Source: an uncultured Lentisphaeria bacterium (lineage in GTDB: Bacteria; Verrucomicrobiota; Lentisphaeria; Victivallales; UBA1829). From it: a DNA stretch of 64,000 bases. The notes beneath the pieces were generated by a model. It was given only the letters and a program-made list of their open reading frames with translations. It was not told the origin of the DNA and made no database searches. The translations under genes and the position numbers were made by a program. The stretch is from assembly GCA_949287225.1 (NCBI GenBank), contig CASEFP010000008.1, forward strand, positions 7,199-71,198. Reading direction: 5' to 3'. Shown here in pieces: positions 8,850 through 18,150 of this stretch. The first letter of the stretch is position 1. Each line of letters starts with the position of its first letter.

Positions 8850-9554
8850 ATGAAGCCATGGATCCTGATCCCCGCCTACCATCCTGATGAAAAGCTCCTG
8901 CATCTTCTGGAATCGCTTCATGCCGCGGATCTGCGCAAAATTCTTGTGGTGAACGATGGAAGCGGACTGGACTGCGACGGCATTTTTTCCGAAATCCGGA
9001 GGCGCTGGAGTTCCGTCACGGTTCTTGCACACGAAACCAACCGCGGCAAGGGCGGCGCCTTGAAAACCGCTTTCCGGTATCTGCTTGAACATGCGGACAG
9101 CTCCTCTCAAGGCGCAGTGACGGCGGACGCGGACGGCCAGCATACCGTTCCGGACATCCGGTGCGTGATGGATGAAATGGAACGCGCGCCGGAAGCCCTT
9201 GTGCTCGGTGTGCGCATGTTTGAGGGCAGGGTTCCGCTCCGGAGCGCATTCGGCAACCGTTTGACGCGTTTTCTGCTCCGTCTCCTGTACGGAGTGCGGA
9301 TTCCCGACACGCAGACGGGCCTGCGCGGCATCCCGCGCGCCATGATGGAACGGTGTCTGGAAATCCCTTCCAACCGTTATGAATTCGAGCTTGACATGCT
9401 GCTTGCCGCCGTGTCAGGGGGGATCGAGATCCGCTCCGTTCCGATCCGCACAATCTACATCGACAACAACGCGTCCTCGCGCTTTCATCCGCTCCGGGAC
9501 TCCGCGCGGATCTATTCCGTTCTCTTCCGCAATCTTTTCCGAAAAAAGAGGTGA
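8850..9554 (+). CDS. Family 2 glycosyltransferase
   Basis: ILIPAYHPDEKL...VVNDGSG, NRGKGGALKTAF and DADGQH. Confidence 0.8.
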   Translation: MKPWILIPAYHPDEKLLHLLESLHAADLRKILVVNDGSGLDCDGIFSEIRRRWSSVTVLAHETNRGKGGALKTAFRYLLEHADSSSQGAVTADADGQHTVPDIRCVMDEMERAPEALVLGVRMFEGRVPLRSAFGNRLTRFLLRLLYGVRIPDTQTGLRGIPRAMMERCLEIPSNRYEFELDMLLAAVSGGIEIRSVPIRTIYIDNNASSRFHPLRDSARIYSVLFRNLFRKKR

Positions 9555-9558
9555 CACG

Positions 9559-10218
9559 ATGAACAAACTCAAAATCCAAGAACTCTTCACCAGCATTCAA
9601 GGCGAATCCACCTGGGCGGGACTGCCCTGCTTCTTCATCCGGCTGGCCGGCTGCAATCTGCGCTGCTCCTACTGCGACACACGCAAGGCCCAGACCTGTG
9701 ACACAGCCGTGGAAATGACCGTTGACGAAGTGGTCTCCGAAGCAATGCGCACAGCTCCGCCCCTGATTGAGATCACCGGCGGAGAGCCGATGATGCAGGC
9801 GGATGCTGTCTGCATGCTTGCTGAGCGTCTGCTTTCCCTGAAACGCCATCGCATTCTGATGGAAACCAACGGTTCGTACGATCTCTCCTACCTGCCCGGC
9901 GAGGTGATCCGCATCGTGGATTACAAGACCCCGTCCAGCGGGGAATCGGAGAAAATGTTCGCGGAAAACTTCCGGAATCTGCGGAGCTTCGACGAAGTGA
10001 AGTTCGTGCTTTCCGACCGCGCGGACTATCTCTTTGCACTGGAGAAAATCCGTGAATTCGATCTCCCGCGCCAAACGCCGAACATCCTGTTCAGCCCGGC
10101 GTTCGGCGCAATCGACATCCCGGCGCTCGTCTCGTGGATGCTGGAGGACAAGGTCCCCGCGCGCCTGAATCTCCAGATTCACAAATATGTCTGGGGCCCC
10201 GACCGCGAAGGCGTCTAG
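9559..10218 (+). CDS. queE: 7-carboxy-7-deazaguanine synthase (radical SAM)
   Basis: ELFTSIQGESTWAGLPCFFIRLAGCNLRCSYCDT, ITGGEPM and the C-terminal LQIHKYVW. Confidence 0.85.
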   Translation: MNKLKIQELFTSIQGESTWAGLPCFFIRLAGCNLRCSYCDTRKAQTCDTAVEMTVDEVVSEAMRTAPPLIEITGGEPMMQADAVCMLAERLLSLKRHRILMETNGSYDLSYLPGEVIRIVDYKTPSSGESEKMFAENFRNLRSFDEVKFVLSDRADYLFALEKIREFDLPRQTPNILFSPAFGAIDIPALVSWMLEDKVPARLNLQIHKYVWGPDREGV

Positions 10219-10377
10219 GCTTCTCTTCAGAGCCGGAACAGCATCCTCCCGTGTAAAAAATCAATTTTTTTCACTCTCCTGCACAATATTTTCTCTTTCC
10301 GCGCGTTTTCCGGTTATGAAAATGACTTCTGCAGAGTCGGAAACAATCAGGATTCCGTAAAAAAAGGAGCTGTGAAC

Positions 10378-10812
10378 ATGAAAGTGAAACACCTGATGAC
10401 TGCGCTGCTGGCAGCGGCAATCGCCGCTCCCGTTCTCTATGCCGCGGAAGAAGAACCAGGAAAAAATCCGCCGCCCCCGCCGGCGGAAAGAAAAGAAATG
10501 AAACGCCGCCCGCGTCCGCCGATGCGCGGTCCGCGCGAAGCAGCCAAACCCTCGAAAGAACTGCTTGACGCCGTAAAGGTCTACAGGGAAAAACCAACCG
10601 AAGAAAACAAGGCCAAGGTCAGAAGCATTCTGGAAAAGGAATTTGACGCCCGGATCAAGCGAGAGGAAGAGCGGATCGCAGAAATGAAGTCCAAAAAGGC
10701 GGAACAGATTGACAAAAGACTGGAACGCCTCCTCAAGAGAGGCGAACGCCGCGGCAGACCCGGCCGCCCCGGTCCGGAAGGCCCCGAAAAACCGCGGCCC
10801 CCGGAACCATAA
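10378..10812 (+). CDS. Hypothetical secreted basic/Pro-rich coiled-coil protein
   Basis: Signal peptide MKVKHLMTALLAAAIAAPVLYA. aaggag lies 8 nt upstream. Charged helical core with Pro/Arg-rich ends. Confidence 0.6.
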   Translation: MKVKHLMTALLAAAIAAPVLYAAEEEPGKNPPPPPAERKEMKRRPRPPMRGPREAAKPSKELLDAVKVYREKPTEENKAKVRSILEKEFDARIKREEERIAEMKSKKAEQIDKRLERLLKRGERRGRPGRPGPEGPEKPRPPEP

Positions 10813-10874
10813 TGACCCGGACCTGAACGATTCCGCTCCGAACCGGAAATCCTGCCACGATTCGAAGCGGAATT

Positions 10875-10896
10875 TGTTCCGGGAACAGTTTTTTTT
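10875..10896 (+). terminator. Weak intrinsic terminator candidate
   Basis: tgttc-cgg-gaaca is a 5-bp stem with a triloop, followed by g plus T8. The stem is weak. Confidence 0.3.
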
Positions 10897-10972
10897 ATTC
10901 AGCCGTCCGGTGTTTTGCCGGCTCCCATCTCCGGCGGGCATCGGGCGGCTTCTTTTTTTCAGGCATTCCGCG

Positions 10973-11440
10973 TCAGCGGGCTTTTTTCTGTTTCAGTTTG
11001 GAATCAAAGGTCTCCAGAAACTGTTCGGGGGTAATGCCCGGCGCGAAACCGGTTTCTTTTGCAAGAATATGGCCGCCGTCTGCATGAACGACGATCACGG
11101 TAGGATAACTGTAAACCCCGTAACGGGAAGCAAGGGAACGGTTCTGGGACTCCAGACGCTCCCCGAGCCTGGTATTGCGCGGAAAATCCGCGCGGAACAG
11201 AATGTATTTCTTCGAGGCTTCAGCGAGGAAACGCCTCCGGTTCAGGACATTGCGTTCCAGAGCAATGGCGGGCTGACACCAGTCCGAACCGGTAAACACC
11301 ATCATGACCGGCAGTTTCCGCTCGCGCCCCTCTTTCCTCGCCTTCCGGATGTCGGTGCCCCAGGTGTCGGCTCCGCTCAGGGAAACGCAGAGGCTTCCGA
11401 GAACCAGCGCAGTAAAAAATTGTTTGCCGTTCAGCGGCAT
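10973..11440 (-). CDS. Secreted thioredoxin-fold protein with a monothiol CxxA variant
   Basis: Signal peptide MPLNGKQFFTALVLGSLCVSLSGA. VMMVFTGSDWCQPAIALE has CQPA where CxxC is expected. gggagg lies 7 nt upstream of ATG 11440. Confidence 0.65.
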   Translation of the reverse strand: MPLNGKQFFTALVLGSLCVSLSGADTWGTDIRKARKEGRERKLPVMMVFTGSDWCQPAIALERNVLNRRRFLAEASKKYILFRADFPRNTRLGERLESQNRSLASRYGVYSYPTVIVVHADGGHILAKETGFAPGITPEQFLETFDSKLKQKKAR

Positions 11441-11462
11441 CTCTTTTTCCTCCCAAACACGA

Positions 11463-11948
11463 TCATATCCGGTTTTTCCAGGTCCGGTAGGGATTGCGCG
11501 CCAGATAGGAATTGTAATATTCCATCTGCCCCGTGACCTCCCGCCCCAGCCATGGCGGAGAAGCAAAAACGGCATCCTCCGAAGGCAGTTCGAGTTCCGC
11601 GAGAATCAATCCGCTGTTTTCTCCGAGGAACTCGTCGATTTCCCAGCACTCATCGCCGTTCGGCACGATGTTCCGGTATTTTTCCACGACCGGCCCCGCG
11701 CAGAAAATGTCGATCAGTTCACCGGCTTCGGCAGCGGGAATCTCATACTCGTATTCGCTCCGGGAGCATCCGCGGAGCGGCCCCTTGAGCGTCAGATACC
11801 CTTTTTCTCCCGCGACCCGGACACGGAACACCCCGTATTCCTGTTCCCGGAAGTGAAGATACGCCTGGCGGTAGAGCGTCCGCTCCCGGACCTGTCCGCG
11901 CCAGGAATCGTCCTTCAGCAGAAATTTTCGTTCGATTTCCGTTCCCAT
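11463..11948 (-). CDS. CYTH-domain (triphosphate tunnel metalloenzyme) protein
   Basis: The N-terminal EIERKFLL matches the ExExK signature. The size of 161 aa fits a single CYTH domain. Confidence 0.8.
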   Translation of the reverse strand: MGTEIERKFLLKDDSWRGQVRERTLYRQAYLHFREQEYGVFRVRVAGEKGYLTLKGPLRGCSRSEYEYEIPAAEAGELIDIFCAGPVVEKYRNIVPNGDECWEIDEFLGENSGLILAELELPSEDAVFASPPWLGREVTGQMEYYNSYLARNPYRTWKNRI

Positions 11949-11958
11949 GGCAAGTGAA

Positions 11959-12225
11959 TCAGAACCAGCCCTTCCTGTTTACAATGTAGGTTTCATAGAA
12001 CTGTCCGTCCGGCATCGTAAGATAGATGATTCCTTCAATCAGACCGATGATCCACATGACCGTTGCGGCAAACCCGCAGGTGAGAACGGATACAAGAAGC
12101 ATGATGATCCCCTCGGTGGTATAGCCTAAAATAAACTTGTGAATGCCCAGAGATCCGAGAAGAATTCCGAGAATTCCGGCAACCAGTTTCTTCTGGGCGA
12201 CTTCGGGAGGAACCTGATTTTCCAT
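11959..12225 (-). CDS. TM2-domain membrane protein
   Basis: KKLVAGILGILLGSLGIHKFILGYTTEGIIMLL...IIGLIEGIIYL shows the two-TM TM2 pattern. Confidence 0.8.
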   Translation of the reverse strand: MENQVPPEVAQKKLVAGILGILLGSLGIHKFILGYTTEGIIMLLVSVLTCGFAATVMWIIGLIEGIIYLTMPDGQFYETYIVNRKGWF

Positions 12226-12404
12226 AATAAACTCCTTTTACGTTGGATTGTAATATAAAATGGACGGCAGAGTTCAGAAAGTCAAATTGAAATGCTTCTT
12301 TTATCGAATCTTTTCACGCGGAAAGGTTGGAAATCCGAGAGACAGTCTCCGCATGAAAAAGGCAATCCATGCAATCCGGAGAACGAATTTTTCCTTTTCC
12401 CCCT

Positions 12405-12433
12405 TTGCCAATTGCCGCATGGAATGCTATATT
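12405..12433 (+). promoter_or_regulatory. Candidate sigma70-type promoter for gnd
   Basis: TTGCCA (12405-12410), 17-nt spacer, TATATT (12428-12433), 35 nt upstream of the ATG. Confidence 0.35.
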
Positions 12434-12467
12434 CCCTTGAAACGGTATAACGGGGGATAGGAATTTT

Positions 12468-13928
12468 ATGAAAAACAAGGCTGATATCGCTGTTGCCGGA
12501 CTCGCGGTCATGGGAGAGAACCTGGTTCTGAACATGGAATCGAAAGGTTTCACCGTCGCCGTCTACAACCGGACGTATGCCCGGACCGAGGCGTTTGCAA
12601 ACGGACGCGGCAAAGGAAAAAACATTCTTCCGGCCTCCACTGTCGCGGAACTCTGCGACCGTCTGGAACGTCCCCGCAGGATCATGCTTATGGTCAAGGC
12701 GGGCGCCCCCGTGGACGAACTCATCGGACAGCTTCTGCCGCATCTGGAACAGGGAGACATCCTCATCGACGGCGGCAACAGCTTTTTCAAAGACACCATG
12801 CGCCGCGCTTCGGAACTGGGAAAAAAGGAAATTCTGTATGTCGGAGCCGGAGTCTCCGGCGGCGAGGAGGGCGCGCTGCACGGACCTTCCCTGATGCCCG
12901 GCGGCGACATCCGCGCCTGGGAACCCATCCGGACGATCTTCCGCACAATCAGCGCCAAGGCGCCCGACGGCACCCCCTGCTGTGACTGGATCGGGCCCGA
13001 CGGCTCCGGCCACTTCGTGAAAATGCTGCACAACGGTATCGAATACAGCGACATGCAGATGATCGCCGAGGCATGGAATCTTCTGCGGCACCTGTGCAGC
13101 TTCCCCCCGGAGGCGCTCGCGGACCTGTTTGAAGCGTGGAACAGGACGGAACTGGAAAGCTATCTCATGGAGATCACTTCGGCAATCCTCCGGAAAAAAG
13201 ATCCCGGAACCGGCGCTTATGTGCTGGATCTCATTCTCGACAGCGCCGGGCAGAAGGGAACCGGAAAATGGACCGCCGAATGCGCGCTGGATCTCGGAAT
13301 GCCCGCGGCCACAATCGCCGAAGCCGTATTCGCCCGCTGTCTCTCCGCTTTGCGGGAGGAGCGGCTTGCCGCTTCCAAAATCCTGCCGGGGCCGGCCGTG
13401 CCGAAGGCGCAGGATGAAAAAGGATTCGCCGAATCGGTCCGCCGGGCGCTTTATGCGGCGAAAATCTGCGCCTATGCGCAGGGTTTCCAGCTTCTGCGCG
13501 CCGCCTCGCGGGAATACAACTGGAATCTGAATTACGGCGACATTGCGCTGATGTGGCGCGGCGGCTGCATCATCCGCGCAAAATTCCTCGACGACATCAA
13601 ACGCGCCTTTGCCGCAAACGGAGACCTTGCCAACCTGATGTTCGACCCGTTCTTCGCCGATGCGCTGGCAAAGGCGCAGGAATCTCTGCGCAAGGTTGTC
13701 GCCTCAGCCGCAATGAGCGAGATCGCCGTTCCCGCCTTCTCCAGCGCTCTGGCCTATTATGACGCAAGCCGTTCCGGACGCCTTCCCGCCAACCTGATTC
13801 AGGCGATGCGCGACTGTTTCGGGGCGCATACTTATGAACGGGTCGACAGAAAGCGCGGCGAATTCTTCCACACGGACTGGATGGATTCCGGGAGCGTTTC
13901 GGCTACTTCAACCAATTACAACAGATAG
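12468..13928 (+). CDS. gnd: 6-phosphogluconate dehydrogenase (decarboxylating)
   Basis: ADIAVAGLAVMGENLVLNMESKGFTVAVYNRT, IDGGNSFF, GVSGGEEGA, GHFVKMLHNGIEYSDMQ and WRGGCIIRA. Confidence 0.92.
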   Translation: MKNKADIAVAGLAVMGENLVLNMESKGFTVAVYNRTYARTEAFANGRGKGKNILPASTVAELCDRLERPRRIMLMVKAGAPVDELIGQLLPHLEQGDILIDGGNSFFKDTMRRASELGKKEILYVGAGVSGGEEGALHGPSLMPGGDIRAWEPIRTIFRTISAKAPDGTPCCDWIGPDGSGHFVKMLHNGIEYSDMQMIAEAWNLLRHLCSFPPEALADLFEAWNRTELESYLMEITSAILRKKDPGTGAYVLDLILDSAGQKGTGKWTAECALDLGMPAATIAEAVFARCLSALREERLAASKILPGPAVPKAQDEKGFAESVRRALYAAKICAYAQGFQLLRAASREYNWNLNYGDIALMWRGGCIIRAKFLDDIKRAFAANGDLANLMFDPFFADALAKAQESLRKVVASAAMSEIAVPAFSSALAYYDASRSGRLPANLIQAMRDCFGAHTYERVDRKRGEFFHTDWMDSGSVSATSTNYNR

Positions 13929-13964
13929 GAATTCATGTTCCAACAACACGAAGGAGAGTCCATC

Positions 13965-14774
13965 ATGAGCCTCATGCGAAAACTGCTTATCCTGTGCGCG
14001 GCAGCCATCGGCGGCACACTTCTTACGGCCTGCGGGCCCACGCTGCTGGATCTCGAGCCGCAGGAGCCCTCCGACCTGACCGTGGCGCAGCTGGTTGTGA
14101 AAATGAATCAGGCGACTGATCCGAAGGGAAATTACCGGAAAGCGAAAACCTATCTGATGAAACAGGATCTCTCTTCCGTCAAACCCGGGAAAAAAGAGTA
14201 TTACGCAACGGAAATTCTCTTCAAGGCCCCGGACAAGATGCGGACCACCACCTACCGCGACGGGAAGGCGATCGCCTCCGTGATCTTCAACGGCGACCAG
14301 GGATGGAATGTAAACCTTCTGCGCAGCAAAAGCGAAAAAATCAAACCCGGGCTTCCGCTCTCCCTTGTGCGGATCTTCACGCAGATGGCGACTCCCGGCG
14401 TGAATATCTCGAAGATCTTCAAGCAGATCACAATCGACATCTCCTACAAGGACGGCACCAAAACCTACCGCCTGATCTGCGATCCCGGGATCGACGGCAT
14501 CGCACCCTACATCATTTACGTCGACGGGAAAACCTTCCTGACCAGAAAGCTGGAAACGATCATGTATGCCGTCGACGGGAGGGAGTATCTCTACTCCGCG
14601 CACACGACGAGCTATGTCTGGATCGATGATATCCGTATCGCGGGAACCTCCGTTGTCTACAGCCTCGACCAGACCGACATCTCCACGCTCAAGGAGTTCC
14701 GGCTGAATCCGGACATTCCGGACTCCGAATTCCTGCCGCCCGTACCGTTCAACCATACGCCGCCTGAAAAATGA
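13965..14774 (+). CDS. Hypothetical lipoprotein (possibly LolA-like fold)
   Basis: Lipobox MSLMRKLLILCAAAIGGTLLTAC. aaggagag lies 7 nt upstream of ATG 13965. Confidence 0.6.
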   Translation: MSLMRKLLILCAAAIGGTLLTACGPTLLDLEPQEPSDLTVAQLVVKMNQATDPKGNYRKAKTYLMKQDLSSVKPGKKEYYATEILFKAPDKMRTTTYRDGKAIASVIFNGDQGWNVNLLRSKSEKIKPGLPLSLVRIFTQMATPGVNISKIFKQITIDISYKDGTKTYRLICDPGIDGIAPYIIYVDGKTFLTRKLETIMYAVDGREYLYSAHTTSYVWIDDIRIAGTSVVYSLDQTDISTLKEFRLNPDIPDSEFLPPVPFNHTPPEK

Positions 14775-15343
14775 GTGTGGACAACGGGAAAAAATGGATT
14801 TCGCGGGGCAACCGGCGCGAACTCTGCCGGACCGGTGTCATGACGATGGTTTCGGAGACCTTTGAATGTGTCCGGACGGGCGTGACGCACGATTTCGTCA
14901 CGATGGATCTGATCGACTGGGTGGTCGTCGTGCCGGAAACGCCGGAAAAGGAGCTTCTGATGATCCGCCAGTTCCGCCACGGCACGCAGAAGATCGAACT
15001 CGAAGTCCCCGGCGGCTGCATCGACCGCGCGGACGCCTCCCCGCTGGAAGCCGCGGAGCGTGAACTGCTTGAGGAAACCGGATTCGCCGGGGAAAATCCG
15101 CACATCATCGGAAAGGTCTGCCCGAATCCCGCGATCCAGCATAACACCTGTTACGTCGTGAAAATCGACAATGTCAGACGTGTTTCCGAGCCGCGTCTGG
15201 AGGATACCGAGGATATTGAACACCGCGTTGTTCCGCTTGCGGAAGTAAAGGAATTTCTGCGGACCGGCGCGATTTCTCACGGCATCGTCCTGAACGCGCT
15301 TTTCTTTTACTGGATGGAACGCGAACCGGAACATTTTGCCTGA
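14771..15343 (+). CDS. NUDIX hydrolase (ADP-ribose pyrophosphatase-like)
   Basis: Nudix box GGCIDRADASPLEAAERELLEETGF. The ATG overlaps the upstream stop. Confidence 0.8.
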   Translation: MSVDNGKKWISRGNRRELCRTGVMTMVSETFECVRTGVTHDFVTMDLIDWVVVVPETPEKELLMIRQFRHGTQKIELEVPGGCIDRADASPLEAAERELLEETGFAGENPHIIGKVCPNPAIQHNTCYVVKIDNVRRVSEPRLEDTEDIEHRVVPLAEVKEFLRTGAISHGIVLNALFFYWMEREPEHFA

Positions 15344-15412
15344 TGGCGCCGGAACAACGCATTGCACTGATTGAAAAATCCGTCAACATATAATATCGGG
15401 AGAACAAAAAAT

Positions 15413-15673
15413 ATGAAAAGCGCCTTTGAACTTGCACTGGAACGCACGGGCGGAAAACTCCGGGAGATTTCCGAGGAGAAAAAACAGAAACTCGCCGAGA
15501 TCGACAAACTCTATCAGTCGAAACTTGCCGAGGCGCAGCTTTCCGCTGATCAGCGCCTGGCAAAGGAGAGCGATCCGGCAAAAGCGGAGGAGATCCGGAA
15601 CGGACTTGTTACAGAGCTTGCGTCCATCCGCGACAGATGGGAACGCGAAAAAGAGAAAGTCCGCAACGAATAA
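15413..15673 (+). CDS. Hypothetical small coiled-coil protein (86 aa)
   Basis: MKSAFELALERTGGKLREISEEKKQKLAEIDKLYQSKL. GC3-biased frame with no known motif. Confidence 0.45.
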   Translation: MKSAFELALERTGGKLREISEEKKQKLAEIDKLYQSKLAEAQLSADQRLAKESDPAKAEEIRNGLVTELASIRDRWEREKEKVRNE

Positions 15674-15811
15674 CCCTCCCTGAAACCCGGCGCGGTCCGG
15701 CGGTGAAACGCCGGTTGTGCGGAGCACGAACTCCCCGAAGAAAATCCCCGCCGGGTGATTTCGCTTCCGGTGCGCAGCCTTGAGTGCATTTCTTGATGTT
15801 TTTGTTTATTC

Positions 15812-15927
15812 AAAAAAATTTAGGTTAATAGTGCGATGCTCTGCATCGCCAGAAATTGCGTCGTGCTTTCCTTTCAGTCCTGGTGCGATCCAGCTGCGCA
15901 AGCTGGTCGCCGCAGGCGAAATCCCCG
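15812..15927 (-). repeat. Structured intergenic element, copy A
   Basis: By hand alignment, about 80% identical to the reverse complement of 60739-60852. Hairpins: gcgatgc-tct-gcatcgc (15833-15849), ccagct-gcgca-agctgg (15890-15906) and tcgcc-gca-ggcga (15907-15919). A7 at 15812-15818 reads as U7 on the minus strand. The strand given is the sense in which copy B keeps G-U pairing. Confidence 0.7.
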
Positions 15928-15981
15928 ATACCGCGCATGCTTGCATCGCGGTAATTCATTTAAGAAAGAAAGGAGTCGCCC

Positions 15982-17103
15982 ATGTCGATCTATCTTGACA
16001 ATGCCGCCGCATGTCCGTGCGATTCGGACACGATTGATTTCTTCCGCGCCGTCATGGTCCGCTTCTTTGCCAATCAGGAAGCCATGGGGTTTCACGGTGC
16101 GGAGTGCGCCAATGCGCTGAAAGAATCGGGTGCGCGTCTTTCCGCCGCGCTCTGCGGCACGGATCCAGGCAATCTGATCTGGACCAATACCGGAACAGGC
16201 GCTCTCCTGACCGCGGTTCAGGGCGCAATGATTCATGCGCCAAAAGGCGATATCGTCACTTCGGAACTGGAACATCCGGCGCTTGCACATGCGCTCCGCC
16301 GCGCGGCGGAACAGAATGATCGAGCCCTTCATTTCTGCAAAGCGGAACACGACGGCAGACTCGACCTGGAATCGCTTGCATCCCTTCTGAACGGGAATAC
16401 GGCGCTTGTCGCGCTTCACCACGTCCAGTCGGAGACGGGGCGGATTCAGGATTTGAAGGCAATCCGCGAAGTGATCGACCGGAAGGCGCCCCGGGCGCTG
16501 TTTCTAGCGGACACCATCCAGTCCGCCGGGAAAATCCGGATTCCGTGGAGCGGAGCGCGTCTGGACATCATGACGGTTTCCGGGCAGAAGATCGGCTGCC
16601 CGAGCGGCGGCGCGCTGGTCTACCGCCCGGCACTCCACAAGTCCATGTCGCGCATCCGGTCGCTGGAACACAGGATCGGCCGCTGCGTCCCCGCCGCCGC
16701 CATGACGCTGGCAAACCGTCTGGCGGAGCTTCTGCTCGAAATCGACGAAAACGCGATGTATGCCGCGGAACTCAAGGATACCCTGCGCACCTGTCTCGCC
16801 GAGGAGGGTGTGACCTGCCGCCAGACGGTCAAGGCCGCCTTCTCGTCGCCGTATATCCTCCACATAACCCTTCCGCCGTACCAGGGAGCGATCCTGACAC
16901 GCGCCCTTCATGCCTATGAGATTTCCGTCGCGCCGGGAAGCGCCTGCGAATCCGAGGGAGGCGGCTCCCCCGCACTCCGGGCGATGGGTTATCCCGAGAA
17001 TGAAACCTACTGCGCGCTCCGCGTGTCCACATGGGCGGACAACACCGTGGAGGAAATGCGGATTTTCAGCCGTGCGCTTGCCGAATGCATCCGCAAATAC
17101 TGA
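15982..17103 (+). CDS. Cysteine desulfurase (class V aminotransferase, NifS/IscS-like)
   Basis: IYLDNAAA, the PLP-Lys context VSGQKIGCPSGGALVY and the C-terminal catalytic-Cys context APGSACESEGGGSPALRAMG. Confidence 0.85.
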   Translation: MSIYLDNAAACPCDSDTIDFFRAVMVRFFANQEAMGFHGAECANALKESGARLSAALCGTDPGNLIWTNTGTGALLTAVQGAMIHAPKGDIVTSELEHPALAHALRRAAEQNDRALHFCKAEHDGRLDLESLASLLNGNTALVALHHVQSETGRIQDLKAIREVIDRKAPRALFLADTIQSAGKIRIPWSGARLDIMTVSGQKIGCPSGGALVYRPALHKSMSRIRSLEHRIGRCVPAAAMTLANRLAELLLEIDENAMYAAELKDTLRTCLAEEGVTCRQTVKAAFSSPYILHITLPPYQGAILTRALHAYEISVAPGSACESEGGGSPALRAMGYPENETYCALRVSTWADNTVEEMRIFSRALAECIRKY

Positions 17104-17171
17104 AAAAGACTTGCAAACAAACCGTTCAGCGGTTAGATTACCCCAACATCAAAACAGAAAGGAAATCCATC

Positions 17172-17399
17172 ATGGAAGAACTGGAAAAAACCATACGGGA
17201 AAAACTCGAGGAACTCCGCGTGCATCTGCAGAATGACGGCGGCGATCTGGAAATCGTCTCCATTGAAGGCAAGGACGTCAAGCTCGCGCTCAAGGGCGCG
17301 TGCGGCTGCTGCCCCCATGCAACCATGACGATCAAGGAAGGCATCCAGAGAATCCTCCGCGAAGAGGTCGATCCGGAAATCGTCGTCGAGCGCGTGTAA
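17172..17399 (+). CDS. NifU C-terminal-domain (Nfu-type) Fe-S scaffold protein
   Basis: HLQNDGGDLEIVSIEGKDVKLALKGACGCCPHATMTIKEGIQ contains the CxxC motif. Confidence 0.85.
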   Translation: MEELEKTIREKLEELRVHLQNDGGDLEIVSIEGKDVKLALKGACGCCPHATMTIKEGIQRILREEVDPEIVVERV

Positions 17400-17409
17400 G
17401 CAGATTCAT

Positions 17410-17456
17410 CAGCGGCGGGGATCTCCACGGGGAGAGCGCTCCGCCGCTGCAATTTT
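17410..17456 (+). terminator. Intrinsic terminator candidate after the Nfu-type gene
   Basis: cagcggcgg (17410-17418) and ccgccgctg (17441-17449) form a perfect 9-bp stem with an internally structured loop, followed by caatttt. Confidence 0.5.
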
Positions 17457-17478
17457 CAGGAAAGTATTTGGTCAGACA

Positions 17479-18150
17479 ATGCTCAGAGCCGGATTTGATT
17501 ATTCGTGGAGCGAAGCCTCGTTCGCACTGGCGGAGGAGGACGGAACGGTTCTTTTCGACAAATGCATCGCCCTGCCGCCGCGCAACGCCTCGGGGCTCCC
17601 CGCATGGATGGAGGAGTGTCTGAAACAGCATAACGCGGCGTTTCAGGACATCGGGGAATGGAGCGTCGGCGTCGGGCCCGGATCGTTCACCGGACTGCGT
17701 CTTGCCTCGTCGTTTGTGATGGGGCTGGCGTTCGGGCGCGACAACGTCCGCTGCCGCGGCGTTTCGACTGCCGCGGCGATGGCGGCGACAGCCGGAATGA
17801 CGGAACAGCGCGCTCTCGCGCTGTTCGACGGCAGGCGCGACGAACTTCTCGCATTCGGGCTCAAGCGTGATGAAAACTCCTACCGTCCGGACGGCGTTCA
17901 CGCGGTGCTGGGAAGCGCATCTTTGGAACTGCTGGACAAGTATGACGCGTTTGTCTGTCTCTCCCGCGACGAGGCGCAGATCAGGAAGGTCGGGGGCGCT
18001 TCCATCGGAGAAAAACTGCGTCCGCTGGAACATCTGAAGGCTTCCGGACTGATTTTTTCCTCTCCGGGCGACTTTTCAACGACACTCAAGGATCTGGTTT
18101 ATCTCCGTCCGGCGGTGTTTGTCGAACCGCGGATTCCGAGGACGCTATGA
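17479..18150 (+). CDS. tsaB: tRNA t6A37 biosynthesis protein TsaB
   Basis: WSVGVGPGSFTGLRLASSFVMGLAFG, and the size of 223 aa fits. Confidence 0.85.
   Translation: MLRAGFDYSWSEASFALAEEDGTVLFDKCIALPPRNASGLPAWMEECLKQHNAAFQDIGEWSVGVGPGSFTGLRLASSFVMGLAFGRDNVRCRGVSTAAAMAATAGMTEQRALALFDGRRDELLAFGLKRDENSYRPDGVHAVLGSASLELLDKYDAFVCLSRDEAQIRKVGGASIGEKLRPLEHLKASGLIFSSPGDFSTTLKDLVYLRPAVFVEPRIPRTL

Noticed and set aside
15780-15998. Shared peptide QLRKLVA(A/E)GEIP, encoded by the repeat element at 15.9 kb (+) and 60.76 kb (-), as a possible conserved micro-ORF
   Set aside because: The frames have no consistent start or stop context. One runs into the cysteine desulfurase start. The other is only the tail of an ORF antisense to a real gene. 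The similarity is better explained at the nucleotide or structure level.
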